DNA of 64,000 nucleotides, taken from a virus. Its lineage: Duplodnaviria > Heunggongvirae > Uroviricota > Caudoviricetes. Both the position numbers and the translations under genes were made by a program. The stretch's first letter is position 1, and each line of letters starts with the position of its first letter. Below the pieces are notes generated by a model. The model was not told the origin of the DNA. It did no database searches and saw only the letters and a program-made list of their open reading frames with translations. Below, piece by piece: positions 10,200 through 19,990 of this stretch. The stretch is from IMG/VR virus record IMGVR_UViG_2541047712_000002; one strand, given 5' to 3'.

Positions 10200-10535
10200 A
10201 TGGAGGAAAATATGTCGAACGAGATGGCGGGCGTAACAACAGAGCAAGTTGAGCGCATTGCCGCGATCGTTGCTCGGGAGGTTGTCGGCAAATTAGGTAA
10301 AGAGCTACGTGAAGAAATTGGCCAGGAGGTCAACGATCAGCTGAAAACCTACTTTGGTGATATGACCCCGGCGCAACATAGTATTCAACACTCCAACCTG
10401 GACAAACTCCTTAACCGGTTAGATTCCATCTCCAGTGGGTTCTTTGGCGGCATTGTTTCTAAAATAACGTCGTTCATTATTACCGCACTGCTTTTGGGGT
10501 TAGCCGCGTATGGCGTGAAAAATGGACTGCAATAA
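10200..10535 (+). CDS. putative holin-like membrane protein
   Basis: 111-aa ORF with RBS (ggaggaaaat ATG); single C-terminal transmembrane segment (ITSFIITALLLGLAAYGV); directly upstream of lysis-like genes. Confidence 0.3.
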   Translation: MEENMSNEMAGVTTEQVERIAAIVAREVVGKLGKELREEIGQEVNDQLKTYFGDMTPAQHSIQHSNLDKLLNRLDSISSGFFGGIVSKITSFIITALLLGLAAYGVKNGLQ

Positions 10536-11241
10536 CAGGAGATCAAGGATGAAGACTCCGAGAGGCATTCGTAACAATAACCCCGGTAATCTTGATAAAG
10601 GATCGCCGTGGCAAGGTCTGGTTGCTAATCCAGACGAACCCCGCTTTTGCACGTTTAAAGACCCTGTTTGGGGGATTCGTGCGCTGGCGGTGACTCTAAT
10701 TACCTACCACGACAAACGTCGCGCAAAAGACGGCTCAAGTATCGATACCATTCGTGAAGTTATTGAACGCTGGGCACCGCCGAACGAAAATAACACTGAC
10801 GCCTATATTAATGAGGTGTCCAAAGCAGTTGGTGTAACCGCAGACATGATTATCGATCTGCATGATTACGACATCCTTCGACCTTTAGTTGAGGCAATCA
10901 TTCGCCACGAGAATGGCCGAGGCCCGCTAAAAACGCTGAACACCTGGTATGCGGCAGAAGTTATTGAGGAAGGTCTGCGTCGAGCTGGCGTCGTTAAGCC
11001 GGTGAAAACGGTGAAGGCTGTTCCTGTAACGAAAGAAACCGCAGGCGCAACTGTTACAGCAGGTATTGGTCTGGCGCAGCTTGCCGATGTTATGCCGCAG
11101 ATTTCCGCTGCTATGGATAAAGCACAAGGTCATATCTCTAGCGGGGATACAGTACGCATCATCTTCGGTATTGCCACTATTGTTGTGGCAGGATTCATTG
11201 CCTGGTCGCAGGTAAGAAAACACCAGAAAGGGATGGTCTAA
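10522..11241 (+). CDS. putative cell-wall hydrolase / lysis protein with C-terminal membrane anchor
   Basis: 239-aa ORF with RNNNPGNL motif and C-terminal hydrophobic segment (IIFGIATIVVAGFIAWSQV); enzymatic class not determinable by eye. Confidence 0.3.
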   Translation: MDCNNRRSRMKTPRGIRNNNPGNLDKGSPWQGLVANPDEPRFCTFKDPVWGIRALAVTLITYHDKRRAKDGSSIDTIREVIERWAPPNENNTDAYINEVSKAVGVTADMIIDLHDYDILRPLVEAIIRHENGRGPLKTLNTWYAAEVIEEGLRRAGVVKPVKTVKAVPVTKETAGATVTAGIGLAQLADVMPQISAAMDKAQGHISSGDTVRIIFGIATIVVAGFIAWSQVRKHQKGMV

Positions 11242-11242
11242 T

Positions 11243-11494
11243 ATGCTAGGCAGCCTGATGACAAAGCTAAAAGTTGCTTTGATTATGCTGGCTGCCGTTC
11301 TTTTCGTTCTTGTCGGCGCTTACACGATGGGCGGAAATGCGGCGCGACGAGCAATGGAAGAGAAGGCAAAACAGGAAGACAGAAAACGACTTCAAAACAC
11401 AGTGAAAGTGGTGAATGAGACGAGCAGTAAAATACGTCAGAAAGATGCTTCTGCCGTTCATCGTGAGTTGTATGATAAGTGGGTGCGTCATTAA
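11243..11494 (+). CDS. i-spanin (Rz-like)
   Basis: 83-aa ORF: N-terminal TM helix (LIMLAAVLFVLVGAY) followed by charged coiled-coil region; an overlapping lipoprotein ORF lies in another frame. Confidence 0.45.
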   Translation: MLGSLMTKLKVALIMLAAVLFVLVGAYTMGGNAARRAMEEKAKQEDRKRLQNTVKVVNETSSKIRQKDASAVHRELYDKWVRH

Positions 11495-11630
11495 ACCACA
11501 AACAGCCAGCGTGTTGTTCTGCGATGGGGCTGAGCCTATCTATATCAGCAATAATGATGTAATGACTGAAGAAACCGAACGCCAAATCCTTTTTCACAAT
11601 ACGATGGGAGAGAGGGTTTGTGGTTGGTGA
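11415..11630 (+). CDS. o-spanin (Rz1-like lipoprotein), overlapping the Rz-like gene
   Basis: 71-aa ORF with signal peptide and lipobox (LLPFIVSCMISGC), starts inside the Rz-like gene in a different frame and extends beyond it. Confidence 0.4.
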   Translation: MRRAVKYVRKMLLPFIVSCMISGCVIKPQTASVLFCDGAEPIYISNNDVMTEETERQILFHNTMGERVCGW

Positions 11631-11662
11631 TGTCGAAGTTCCCCTCAAATGAGGGGAACACA

Positions 11663-12184
11663 TTATTCTTCGAACAATTTTTCGATAGATTTTGTAGGAT
11701 AGAACAAAGAACGCTCGTTGTTACCAACCAGCTGGATAAAGCCTAAACTTTTATAAAACGCCTTGGCTTTGTCATTTAACGCCTCAACGAAAAGTCCATG
11801 AATGCCTACAGCAAGAGATGCATTGTACACAACGCGCATTGCATGTGTTACAAGCATTGAGCCAAATCCTTGACCTTGAAGGGACTTGTCCAAAGCCAGC
11901 CTACCCAAAGTAACACTTGGAACATTCCGATAAGGAACCTTCTTTTGTTTGCTTCTTGAAGGTAAGGACTCCTTTTCAAAACAACTACCTGACAAAGTGT
12001 AATATCCTAACACTTTTGGCCTTTCTTCTTGAGTGCAAAGCACATAAGCACGAAGAATTTTTCCCTCATGCTGCCTTTTTAAGTGGTTGGCTAAAAAGGC
12101 GTTTAGTGACTCTTCGCCGCAATCAAAACCGTTTAGATCATAATCTTTCTCTCCAGAGAAAATCTCTATCGTTGTATTGCTCAC
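11663..12184 (-). CDS. GNAT-family acetyltransferase toxin (TacT/AtaT-like)
   Basis: 173-aa minus-strand ORF with acetyl-CoA binding motif (QGQGFGSMLV) directly downstream of a DUF1778-like small gene, the arrangement of tRNA-acetylating type II toxin-antitoxin pairs. Confidence 0.55.
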   Translation of the reverse strand: MSNTTIEIFSGEKDYDLNGFDCGEESLNAFLANHLKRQHEGKILRAYVLCTQEERPKVLGYYTLSGSCFEKESLPSRSKQKKVPYRNVPSVTLGRLALDKSLQGQGFGSMLVTHAMRVVYNASLAVGIHGLFVEALNDKAKAFYKSLGFIQLVGNNERSLFYPTKSIEKLFEE

Positions 12185-12191
12185 GAGTAAA

Positions 12192-12461
12192 CTACTCCAT
12201 GCTTTTCAGACGATCAGCAGCTCGTTTCAGCTTGTCGTTCGGTGCCGGAGGATTGCTTATAGCGTCCATAACCAGATTCCAGGATTCTTCATTCAGAACT
12301 AGTCTACGGTGTTGCTCTATAACTTTCACGGCACGTTCAGATGCACTGCTAACCATAAACTGAGTAATGCTCTGGTTAGACATTGCGGCAGCTTCCTCGA
12401 TGATGCTTTTATCGTCATCGGTTAATCTCAAATCGATGCGCTGCTTTTTTAGTGCTGACAT
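12192..12461 (-). CDS. DUF1778-type antitoxin (TacA-like), upstream partner of GNAT toxin
   Basis: minus-strand ORF; probable start at internal Met (MSALKKQRIDLRLTDDDK...) preceded by strong SD (caggaggaatac ATG); 8-bp gap to GNAT gene. Confidence 0.5.
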   Translation of the reverse strand: MSALKKQRIDLRLTDDDKSIIEEAAAMSNQSITQFMVSSASERAVKVIEQHRRLVLNEESWNLVMDAISNPPAPNDKLKRAADRLKSME

Positions 12462-12779
12462 GTATTCCTCCTGATGGCCGTGATGTAGGAAGGCCATCAA
12501 TCTCCTCTGTTCAAACTGAGTTTTCGACTCAAAAATTACTTTAAAAGGCTATAGCCCATTACGTGTGCATTATCAAATTGTGTACGGCATATCACCGTAC
12601 TTGTAATATAGAGGTCATTGTTACTTTTTTCAACAGACAAATACAAGCTATGATTGCCAATTGTTAACCACAACCTACCATTTAACCTTTACACCGCAGC
12701 CGTAGGCATTTAGGCTATATCACATATAAGAAAACAAGTTGTTTCAGACGATAATTATATACGCAAAGGGAACTCTCCA

Positions 12780-13448
12780 ATGACCAAGATCTTTGTGGTT
12801 GGCGGCACAAAGGGCGGGCCTGGCAAATCCACCGTTGCCCAGCAAATTGCCGTTTGCCTGAAAGTCAAAAAGAAGAAGAAGGTTTATATTACCGATATAG
12901 ATATTCAGCGCACGACAACGAGCTGGTGTGAAGACCGTCGACAGAACGAAGACCTTGAGCTGATTCCTTTTGCATACGTTCAGGATGACATCATTAAGCA
13001 CCTAAAATCGCTTCAGGGTAGAGCTGAGTTTGTAGTGGTAGATGCTGGTGGCTTCGACTCCGAAATTCAGCGACAAGCGATGCTGATGGCTGACGTTATC
13101 ATTATCCCGCTGCGTCCTAAGCGTCGTGATTTGAAATCTTTACGTGACATCGATCCTATTATCGACAATGTTCGCAATGTAAACGATAAAGTGAAGGTCC
13201 GCGCGGTCATGAACCAGTGCCCGGCTTTGCCATCACAAGTGTCTCGCATTCTGGCGGCTAAAGAGATTGTTGAGACGTTTGGAATCGAGTCTGCGCCAGT
13301 CAATCTATATAACCGCAACGTCTATGATGATGCGGAAGAGTCTGGTCGTTCTATCTTTGAAATGACCGGTAGCGAGCGCGACAAAAAGGCGGAAGCCGAG
13401 TTTGAAGAATTTGTAGATTATCTGTTGAGTCTGGAGGAAGAAGAATAA
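12780..13448 (+). CDS. parA: ParA-type partition ATPase
   Basis: 222-aa ORF with deviant Walker A (GGTKGGPGKST); followed by overlapping small gene. Confidence 0.6.
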   Translation: MTKIFVVGGTKGGPGKSTVAQQIAVCLKVKKKKKVYITDIDIQRTTTSWCEDRRQNEDLELIPFAYVQDDIIKHLKSLQGRAEFVVVDAGGFDSEIQRQAMLMADVIIIPLRPKRRDLKSLRDIDPIIDNVRNVNDKVKVRAVMNQCPALPSQVSRILAAKEIVETFGIESAPVNLYNRNVYDDAEESGRSIFEMTGSERDKKAEAEFEEFVDYLLSLEEEE

Positions 13449-13807
13449 TGTCCATGAAAATGGGTGACCTAGCAAAGCGCAAAGAGCCTGATGCACCGGC
13501 TAAGAACACAACTCCTTTGCGCCAACCAGTCAGACCACAAGGACGCCCGACTCGTGGCAAAGAGAAAATTAAAAGCCGCACTATGTCACTGGAAGACGAA
13601 TACTTCGAGCTTCTGGAAATGATGAAGTTTATCCCTCGTTTCGAGAAGTTCACCCGCTCTGATGTGATTCGTGCTGCTATTTTCCATCTGGCAGAGAAGT
13701 CACCGCAGGAAATCGAGGACATCGTAAAGCTGAACGAGGCGATCACAGCTGCCGATGTCACGATGCGTACCGATGAAATTAAACGCGAGTTGATGAAGAA
13801 AGGTTAA
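13448..13807 (+). CDS. small partition-associated DNA-binding protein (ParB/ParG-like, putative)
   Basis: 119-aa basic ORF whose start overlaps parA stop (ATAATG); identity as centromere-binding protein is by position only. Confidence 0.35.
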   Translation: MSMKMGDLAKRKEPDAPAKNTTPLRQPVRPQGRPTRGKEKIKSRTMSLEDEYFELLEMMKFIPRFEKFTRSDVIRAAIFHLAEKSPQEIEDIVKLNEAITAADVTMRTDEIKRELMKKG

Positions 13808-13849
13808 TAATGTGGGCTGTCTAGCCCACATTATTTTAATTAAAGTGGA

Positions 13850-14611
13850 GTGATAATTATGCATTCGTTAGTATTTGCATTTAAAAACATACTCAAGAAT
13901 GTTATAAACATACTAGGGATGTTAAATATTTTTTTGTCTGTGAGGGTGAGGAGAAAAGATATAAAAGATAAATTAAAGGAACTTAACAAAGAAAAAGAAC
14001 AATTAAAAAGCGAAGAAATTATTATTGATTTATACAAGAAAAAACTCGCATCTAGCAAGGGGAAAGCTAATGATAAAATCAAAGGAAAAATAATTCACTA
14101 TATTATTGCTAGAGAGTTGGGGAATGATCCTGATAATGAAGATTTGCGACATAATCTTTTTACAAAGATAAAAGAATCAGAAGAACAGGTTGAAGTTCTG
14201 GTTCATCAAAGAGAAGTAAGTGAGCAGGCGAACAAAAAAGAAACGGTTGTCAATTTGTTTTTATTGTATGAAAAAAATAAATTGTTTAAAGCTAAGGGGT
14301 TGGCTGTGTTTCTTATAGTTATAAACTTAATTATAGTTGCGACTCTCGATCTTCCAGCTTGGTCATTGATTATAAGTTTTTTTATTCTCTCTTTGATTAT
14401 GTTGAAAGATCAGATACTTACTATTCGTGTCTCTAAAGGATATTTTGGCACAAGTGCGTATGAAGCGGTTCAATTGCTTAAATTCATCAGAGAAAATTCA
14501 GACAAATTTGACTCAGATGATAATGACGGTAGCCCACGACGGATATTGAATCCGAAGGGAACAACAAAAAAATCAGACAACCTATTCGATAAAGGGTGGC
14601 AAAATGTTTGA
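13850..14611 (+). CDS. hypothetical membrane protein (AT-rich accessory gene)
   Basis: 253-aa Lys-rich ORF with two hydrophobic segments in a markedly AT-rich block. Confidence 0.3.
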   Translation: MIIMHSLVFAFKNILKNVINILGMLNIFLSVRVRRKDIKDKLKELNKEKEQLKSEEIIIDLYKKKLASSKGKANDKIKGKIIHYIIARELGNDPDNEDLRHNLFTKIKESEEQVEVLVHQREVSEQANKKETVVNLFLLYEKNKLFKAKGLAVFLIVINLIIVATLDLPAWSLIISFFILSLIMLKDQILTIRVSKGYFGTSAYEAVQLLKFIRENSDKFDSDDNDGSPRRILNPKGTTKKSDNLFDKGWQNV

Positions 14612-15026
14612 CCTTGACGCCATCACTAAGTTCTTAAATCAGTGTTTTGATCTACTTTTGCTCAAGCAGCCTTTAAGAACTGTTTTCGGAATACTGATTG
14701 GTTTCATTATTTTTGTTTTTGTTTACACGTTTAGGTTTGCGATAGCTCAAGATTTTTATGAAATAGATGGTGTGCATTACGCTGCATGTTTCGTCATCGG
14801 TGTTTTAGTTGTTCACACAAGAACATTTTTTGACGTTATCAAGGGCACCGCAGTTGATGAAGAAATAGATAGTATGATCAGAGTTATTACGAAGCAGCCA
14901 CACCTATCTAACCATCAAAAAAACATAATGATTGCTGAAATACTTCAAAAAGAAATTGCAGCCATAAGTCAAAAGAGATTGGATAAAGTTGCACAAGAAA
15001 TAACGGAGAAAAAGACAACTGATTAA
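14604..15026 (+). CDS. hypothetical membrane protein (AT-rich accessory gene)
   Basis: 140-aa ORF overlapping the previous gene stop; two transmembrane segments. Confidence 0.3.
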   Translation: MFDLDAITKFLNQCFDLLLLKQPLRTVFGILIGFIIFVFVYTFRFAIAQDFYEIDGVHYAACFVIGVLVVHTRTFFDVIKGTAVDEEIDSMIRVITKQPHLSNHQKNIMIAEILQKEIAAISQKRLDKVAQEITEKKTTD

Positions 15027-15197
15027 TTTAATTACCTGTTTCTGTATATAAATAATAAGTAACTTATTAAATATATATACGGAAGCAGGTCTTTTAAAAG
15101 ACACCCACCAGAACAACTCCCTTCCGTTTCCACTTCCAAAAACTGCCACCAGTCGCTATCATCCGCTCATTGTGATAAGTAAGTAACTACCTACCAG

Positions 15198-15947
15198 GTG
15201 AGCCACATGAGCCAAATCTTTTTCGATACCATCGACAACAACCAGTACGACTTCATGACAGAGTGGAATACCGCTGTTATGGACAAGTGGGTTGCTGAAA
15301 ACATTGGTTTGTCGCGCTGTAAAGACGAGGCTGAACTCTTCGAGACGAAGTGGTTTGATTATCGCGACATGCATCCTCTCATGGCCACCTGTCTTTTTAC
15401 GGAGGCATACAAACGTCAGTACTCAAATATCATGCTGACGCACGGTCGCGAACACTTTGAAACAGCTCCGTTCACCACCGGGTTAAAACGTCTGCCTTAT
15501 CAGGAGTTGTCGACTGCCAACAAAACGTCGCTATGGAAAGCACGCCAGTTTGCGGATCGCTATTGCTGCTCATACGACTACTTTATCTCCACCGTTCTTT
15601 CCGCAGCTGCACGACGGCTGTGGGACAAGCTGCCGCGCCCACAGCATTTGTGGCAGCCAGAACTGATTGAGATATTTGAAGAGAAATTAGCCAGACGCGC
15701 AACAACCCGTCTGGATGACTCTCTTGTTAGCTTTAAGCATATGGGAGACATGCAGTTCAACCCGATTCAGGAAAGCTATTTTGAGTGGATTCTGGAGCGT
15801 TTGCGCACCATCCCTCGCAGCAAGCGCATACGCGCAATTTTCTCCGCTATCTGGCTAATGGAAATCGTTCCAGAGCGCCTTATTTCCGCCCACTTTCCAG
15901 AAGAACTGGAAGAAGCACGGCGGTTTATTGATCCCCTATCTAATTAA
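15198..15947 (+). CDS. hypothetical protein
   Basis: 249-aa ORF with RBS (aggtgagcc ACATG), directly upstream of helicase gene. Confidence 0.4.
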   Translation: MSHMSQIFFDTIDNNQYDFMTEWNTAVMDKWVAENIGLSRCKDEAELFETKWFDYRDMHPLMATCLFTEAYKRQYSNIMLTHGREHFETAPFTTGLKRLPYQELSTANKTSLWKARQFADRYCCSYDYFISTVLSAAARRLWDKLPRPQHLWQPELIEIFEEKLARRATTRLDDSLVSFKHMGDMQFNPIQESYFEWILERLRTIPRSKRIRAIFSAIWLMEIVPERLISAHFPEELEEARRFIDPLSN

Positions 15948-15990
15948 CTAATACTAGAAAACAATTTGTTTAAAAAACAAAGGAAAGCAC

Positions 15991-17331
15991 ATGACCGAAC
16001 TTTGCCATACAGGACGCGGGCTGTCCGAAGAGTTTGATGAAGATTTCCAGAACAGACTGACGGCATATTTTTGTCGTGATCACGAGTTTCTTACTCGTGC
16101 GGGAGATCTGGTTGTGCCTAGCCAATTTGCCAATGCGGCCAATGCCATATTGGTTAATATGGTTTCGGGCTATTACCGTATGTACAAGAGCGCGCCCTCT
16201 TCATCTGCAATTCTGGATATGCTTAAGCGTGCGAAACGCGATAAGACTATCCGTGAGGAACTATTCGCAGATGTTGTTGCTGCGTTTAAGCGCATTCTTG
16301 CAGAAAAATTGTCCGATACCTCGTACATGGTTGACCAGGTATCAACCTTCGCAAAAAGTGTAGCGTTTGATGATGCTCTGATTAAGGCTGCTGAACTGAA
16401 AGAGAAAGGCGACTTTCAGGGGGCGATGGCAATCATGGCCAAGGTTCAGCAGATTGGATCGAACGAAGCGACCGGAATCTATGACTACTACACCTCCGCA
16501 AGTGAGCGATTGAAAGCGCGTGAATATGAGGCTTCAGAGGAGTATGTACCAAACAGTATTACAACTGGACTCCCTCTTCTCGATAGGTTGCTGTACCAAA
16601 AAGGCTGGGCAAAGCGCGAAATGGTGCTCTTCATGGGGTTCGCTAAATCCGGTAAATCGACCGCAATGGGTGAGTTTTCCATAAACGCAACACTTGCTGG
16701 CTACAATGTTCTGTATCTCTCGCTGGAGGTTCACACCACCATTTTATCCGACCGTTTTGATGCAAGATTGTCGGAGACGGAAATGTCCAAGTTGGTGGAA
16801 CGGCGCGATGAAGTTCATCGCAAGTTGGCAGAGTTGGGAGCTACGAAGGGTATTGGTAGTTTGTGGGTTGTTGAGCGTCCGTCAGGAAGTATGTCACCGG
16901 CAGATCTGGACCGTATGCTTAACAGCATGAAAGCCAACGGCATGGTGCCTGACATGGTTGTTGTCGACTACGCAGATTTGATGCGTGCCAGTTATGACCT
17001 TCGTGATGATCGCGCCAACATTCGTAGTATCTACACCGATTTACGTGCTCTTTATGACAAGCATAACGTTGCTGGGATCACGGCATCGCAGACAAACCGT
17101 GAAGGTGGCGCGTCAGAAGTTGCCACAATGATGCACGCTGCCGACAACATCGAAAAAGTACGTATTGCTGACCTGGTAATAACGATCAACAAAACCGAAG
17201 AAGAAGAAGCGAAAGGAGAGGCTCGTCTCTACTTTGCTGGTTCACGTAACCAGCAGGGAGGGATCAGCATTCGCGTTAAACAAAACCTCGAACAAATGCG
17301 CTTCATTGAGCGAATCTTAGACGTTACCTAA
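15991..17331 (+). CDS. DnaB-like replicative DNA helicase
   Basis: 446-aa ORF; Walker A (GFAKSGKST) in C-terminal RecA-like domain, N-terminal helical domain. Confidence 0.55.
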   Translation: MTELCHTGRGLSEEFDEDFQNRLTAYFCRDHEFLTRAGDLVVPSQFANAANAILVNMVSGYYRMYKSAPSSSAILDMLKRAKRDKTIREELFADVVAAFKRILAEKLSDTSYMVDQVSTFAKSVAFDDALIKAAELKEKGDFQGAMAIMAKVQQIGSNEATGIYDYYTSASERLKAREYEASEEYVPNSITTGLPLLDRLLYQKGWAKREMVLFMGFAKSGKSTAMGEFSINATLAGYNVLYLSLEVHTTILSDRFDARLSETEMSKLVERRDEVHRKLAELGATKGIGSLWVVERPSGSMSPADLDRMLNSMKANGMVPDMVVVDYADLMRASYDLRDDRANIRSIYTDLRALYDKHNVAGITASQTNREGGASEVATMMHAADNIEKVRIADLVITINKTEEEEAKGEARLYFAGSRNQQGGISIRVKQNLEQMRFIERILDVT

Positions 17332-17340
17332 AAAATAAGC

Positions 17341-18594
17341 GTGGAGAACACCTCCACGCTTGATTCATTGGTGAAACAACTTTTCTTTTGCCAAACCACA
17401 AAAGAAAAACACATGAGCCTTTATGTTATATCAACATTTAGGTTGGTCACAATATTGCCTGTTAAAAGTGGAATTATCGTGAGCGAGCTGAAAGAGCTAA
17501 TTACCGAATTAGATTTTGAACAATGGTTGGATACTGAAGGTATCGTTTATCGACGTGGAGGCGTGAGTACTCGCGGTCGTGAAGTGAATATCAAGGAGTG
17601 TCCGGTATGTGGCAGCTCCAACTGGAAGGTATATTTCAATCTGACCAGTGGCGTCGGTAAATGCTTCGCTGGTGATCATCCCGAAGAGATTCAGTTCAAT
17701 AAGCTGGTCTTCCTCAAGCACTACAGCGGCAAATCACGACGACAGTTCGAGGAATATGTGCAGAACGCCCTTCTTTCCCAGGGGTGGGCACCAAAGAAAG
17801 AAGAGCTAGTGCTTGCAAGCACAGTCGAGTTAGAGGGGCCAGTTGCACTCCCTCGTCATTACGAGCTTCCTATAGATGGTCGTCTTCCAGACTATCTGGT
17901 TGAACGAAACATATCGCCTGAAATGGCAAAGTATTTTGACCTACGATACTGCGTCGAAGGCAAGCACGCCTATGTAGATCCGTATACAGATCAGGTTAAA
18001 GGACAGATATTCGATATGCGAATACTGATACCGGTTTACGATCTGGATGGGGTAATGAAGACATTTCAGGGACGAGACATTACCGGTACAGCAGAACGCC
18101 GCTACCTCTTTCCTATGCAGCTTCCAGCTTCAGGTAAATTTCTCTACAACGGCCATAATGCAGTCGGCAAACAGACTGTAGTTGTCTGTGAGGGTGCGTT
18201 CGATGTTATGGGGGTCAAACGAGCTATTTTCGACGAAGAAACATTACGTGATTACGTGGAGCCAATAGGAACGTTCGGGATGCATCTATCTGGCAACACC
18301 ACTCAGGATGCAGAAGATCAGTTGGGCGCGTTCCTGACGCTCAAGGCGCGTGGATTACGTAATGTGATCATGATGTGGGATAGTGAAAAGCAAGCTATAC
18401 GCAACACGATGGCCGCAGCCAGGCGACTGACCAGTATTGGTCTTAATGTCAAAGTGGCGTGTTTGGGCGAGGAAGGACTCGACCCGGGCGATGCAACGCC
18501 AGAGCAAATCATCAAAGCCTATTATCGGGCAAAACCGTATACCAAGCAGTTGGAGTTGCAAAGCAAGGTTTTGGGCATTAAGGCTCTATCATAA
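17341..18594 (+). CDS. DNA primase (zinc-ribbon plus TOPRIM)
   Basis: zinc ribbon CPVCGSSNWKVYFNLTSGVGKCFAGDH and TOPRIM-like segment VVVCEGAFDVMG; true start may be internal. Confidence 0.5.
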   Translation: MENTSTLDSLVKQLFFCQTTKEKHMSLYVISTFRLVTILPVKSGIIVSELKELITELDFEQWLDTEGIVYRRGGVSTRGREVNIKECPVCGSSNWKVYFNLTSGVGKCFAGDHPEEIQFNKLVFLKHYSGKSRRQFEEYVQNALLSQGWAPKKEELVLASTVELEGPVALPRHYELPIDGRLPDYLVERNISPEMAKYFDLRYCVEGKHAYVDPYTDQVKGQIFDMRILIPVYDLDGVMKTFQGRDITGTAERRYLFPMQLPASGKFLYNGHNAVGKQTVVVCEGAFDVMGVKRAIFDEETLRDYVEPIGTFGMHLSGNTTQDAEDQLGAFLTLKARGLRNVIMMWDSEKQAIRNTMAAARRLTSIGLNVKVACLGEEGLDPGDATPEQIIKAYYRAKPYTKQLELQSKVLGIKALS

Positions 18595-18669
18595 CAATCA
18601 CCTTCAAAATAAGTAGATGATTACTTATCTTTCTGTGAGAATACTTTCATCTGTTAGCTAGGAGTTGGT

Positions 18670-19452
18670 ATGAAAGACGAAATTCAGAAATTAGCCTGCG
18701 ACATCATTGATAAAACTGGTTTAGAAATCAGCGAGAGCAATCGGCTAGACATCATTGAAAAAGCCGTAAAAACAGCAATGGATCATATCGCCACTCGTTT
18801 GGTCGAGATCCCGCTACCGGGGCTACCTTATCTGAAGGTTAAGTTACACGTATGGGGTGAACCTTCTTGTGCACGGCGTTCTGCATTAGTTGTTTTTATT
18901 AGCAAAGAAAACCCGATCAGTCTTAAAGTGCAGGTTGGGGCATGGATGGATGGCAAAGTGATCTACACAAATACCGTTTTTTGTGCGTCAAATGACAGTA
19001 TTATTGAAGAGGCTATTCAAGAATCACTTCTAACTATGCATAGCTTATTTTTGCTGGAAGACAAGCAAAACTACGAAGAGTACTTACGGTCGATAAAAGG
19101 TGAGAGAACATTGTCACTTAAAGCCGATTTCGTTACCCCGACAAACCTGTTGGAAGTCTTGCTTAATAAAGGGGCTAATGATGCCGTAAATGTAATCAGA
19201 GAGAGTGAGTATGCGTCTCTTTGCGACATGTGCAAAAGCCAGTTGGATCTGGTGCATATCGTTATTGATGCTGGGAAGGCATGTGATGGCGTAATGGCGG
19301 AGTTTGCTGGGAAGATGGTCAGGATTGCTAACGAATTACCGATGATAGAGCAAGAGGCTAAATCATACGCCACCAATCATGTCACAGAGCTTCTTGTCCC
19401 CTATCGCTTAGAAAGCGATCAGCGCAAGATGATTAGCTGGGGAAGTTGGTAA
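18670..19452 (+). CDS. hypothetical protein
   Basis: 260-aa ORF with RBS (ctaggagttggt ATG). Confidence 0.35.
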   Translation: MKDEIQKLACDIIDKTGLEISESNRLDIIEKAVKTAMDHIATRLVEIPLPGLPYLKVKLHVWGEPSCARRSALVVFISKENPISLKVQVGAWMDGKVIYTNTVFCASNDSIIEEAIQESLLTMHSLFLLEDKQNYEEYLRSIKGERTLSLKADFVTPTNLLEVLLNKGANDAVNVIRESEYASLCDMCKSQLDLVHIVIDAGKACDGVMAEFAGKMVRIANELPMIEQEAKSYATNHVTELLVPYRLESDQRKMISWGSW

Positions 19453-19507
19453 GCTCTCAGTGTGTCGTTTTTTACGCAAATAATGATAGGTAAGCACAAG
19501 ATTATTT

Positions 19508-19990
19508 TTGGCGGTAATTGTGAAAGCTGATTTGTCAAAAATCCCCTCTATTTCAGGAAATAATGGTTATTCACTTCGTTGTGAGGAAGTAAAGATAAAC
19601 GGTGAGTCGGCATATTGCAGCTACTCCGTTTGCCAGCACACCATTCTTGCCTTCAAAGAAAACCGTCTTCCTCGAACTTCATTCCAGTCGTGCGCAACCG
19701 CTATCAAAGCAGGCAAATGCAAGGCGTTAAAAATGATGGTTGAAGAGATTCGTAAAGGAGAATCTCTGTATTTCGAAGATATGACCGCGCTCATTAAGGA
19801 GGTTGAAGAACGGAATAAACAAGCCAGAACTTTAAAACGAAAACGTGACAGTGTAACGATTAATAGCATGGTTAAGAAGAGCACCACATCACAAACAGCG
19901 ATCACTGACGTGTATGCGGCGTTGCTTGAAGAAACAACAAAAGAAACACATGAGCAAATCGATCAACATATGGAGGTAAAACAACAATGA
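19508..19990 (+). CDS. hypothetical protein
   Basis: 160-aa ORF, stop overlaps ligase start. Confidence 0.3.
   Translation: MAVIVKADLSKIPSISGNNGYSLRCEEVKINGESAYCSYSVCQHTILAFKENRLPRTSFQSCATAIKAGKCKALKMMVEEIRKGESLYFEDMTALIKEVEERNKQARTLKRKRDSVTINSMVKKSTTSQTAITDVYAALLEETTKETHEQIDQHMEVKQQ

Noticed and set aside
10522-11241. Specific enzymatic class (lysozyme, amidase or peptidase) for the putative lysis protein
   Set aside because: No catalytic signature could be recognised confidently from the sequence alone; left as putative cell-wall hydrolase on positional grounds.
16076-16363. 95-aa ORF inside the helicase gene in another frame
   Set aside because: Fully embedded in a well-supported longer ORF; no independent start signals.
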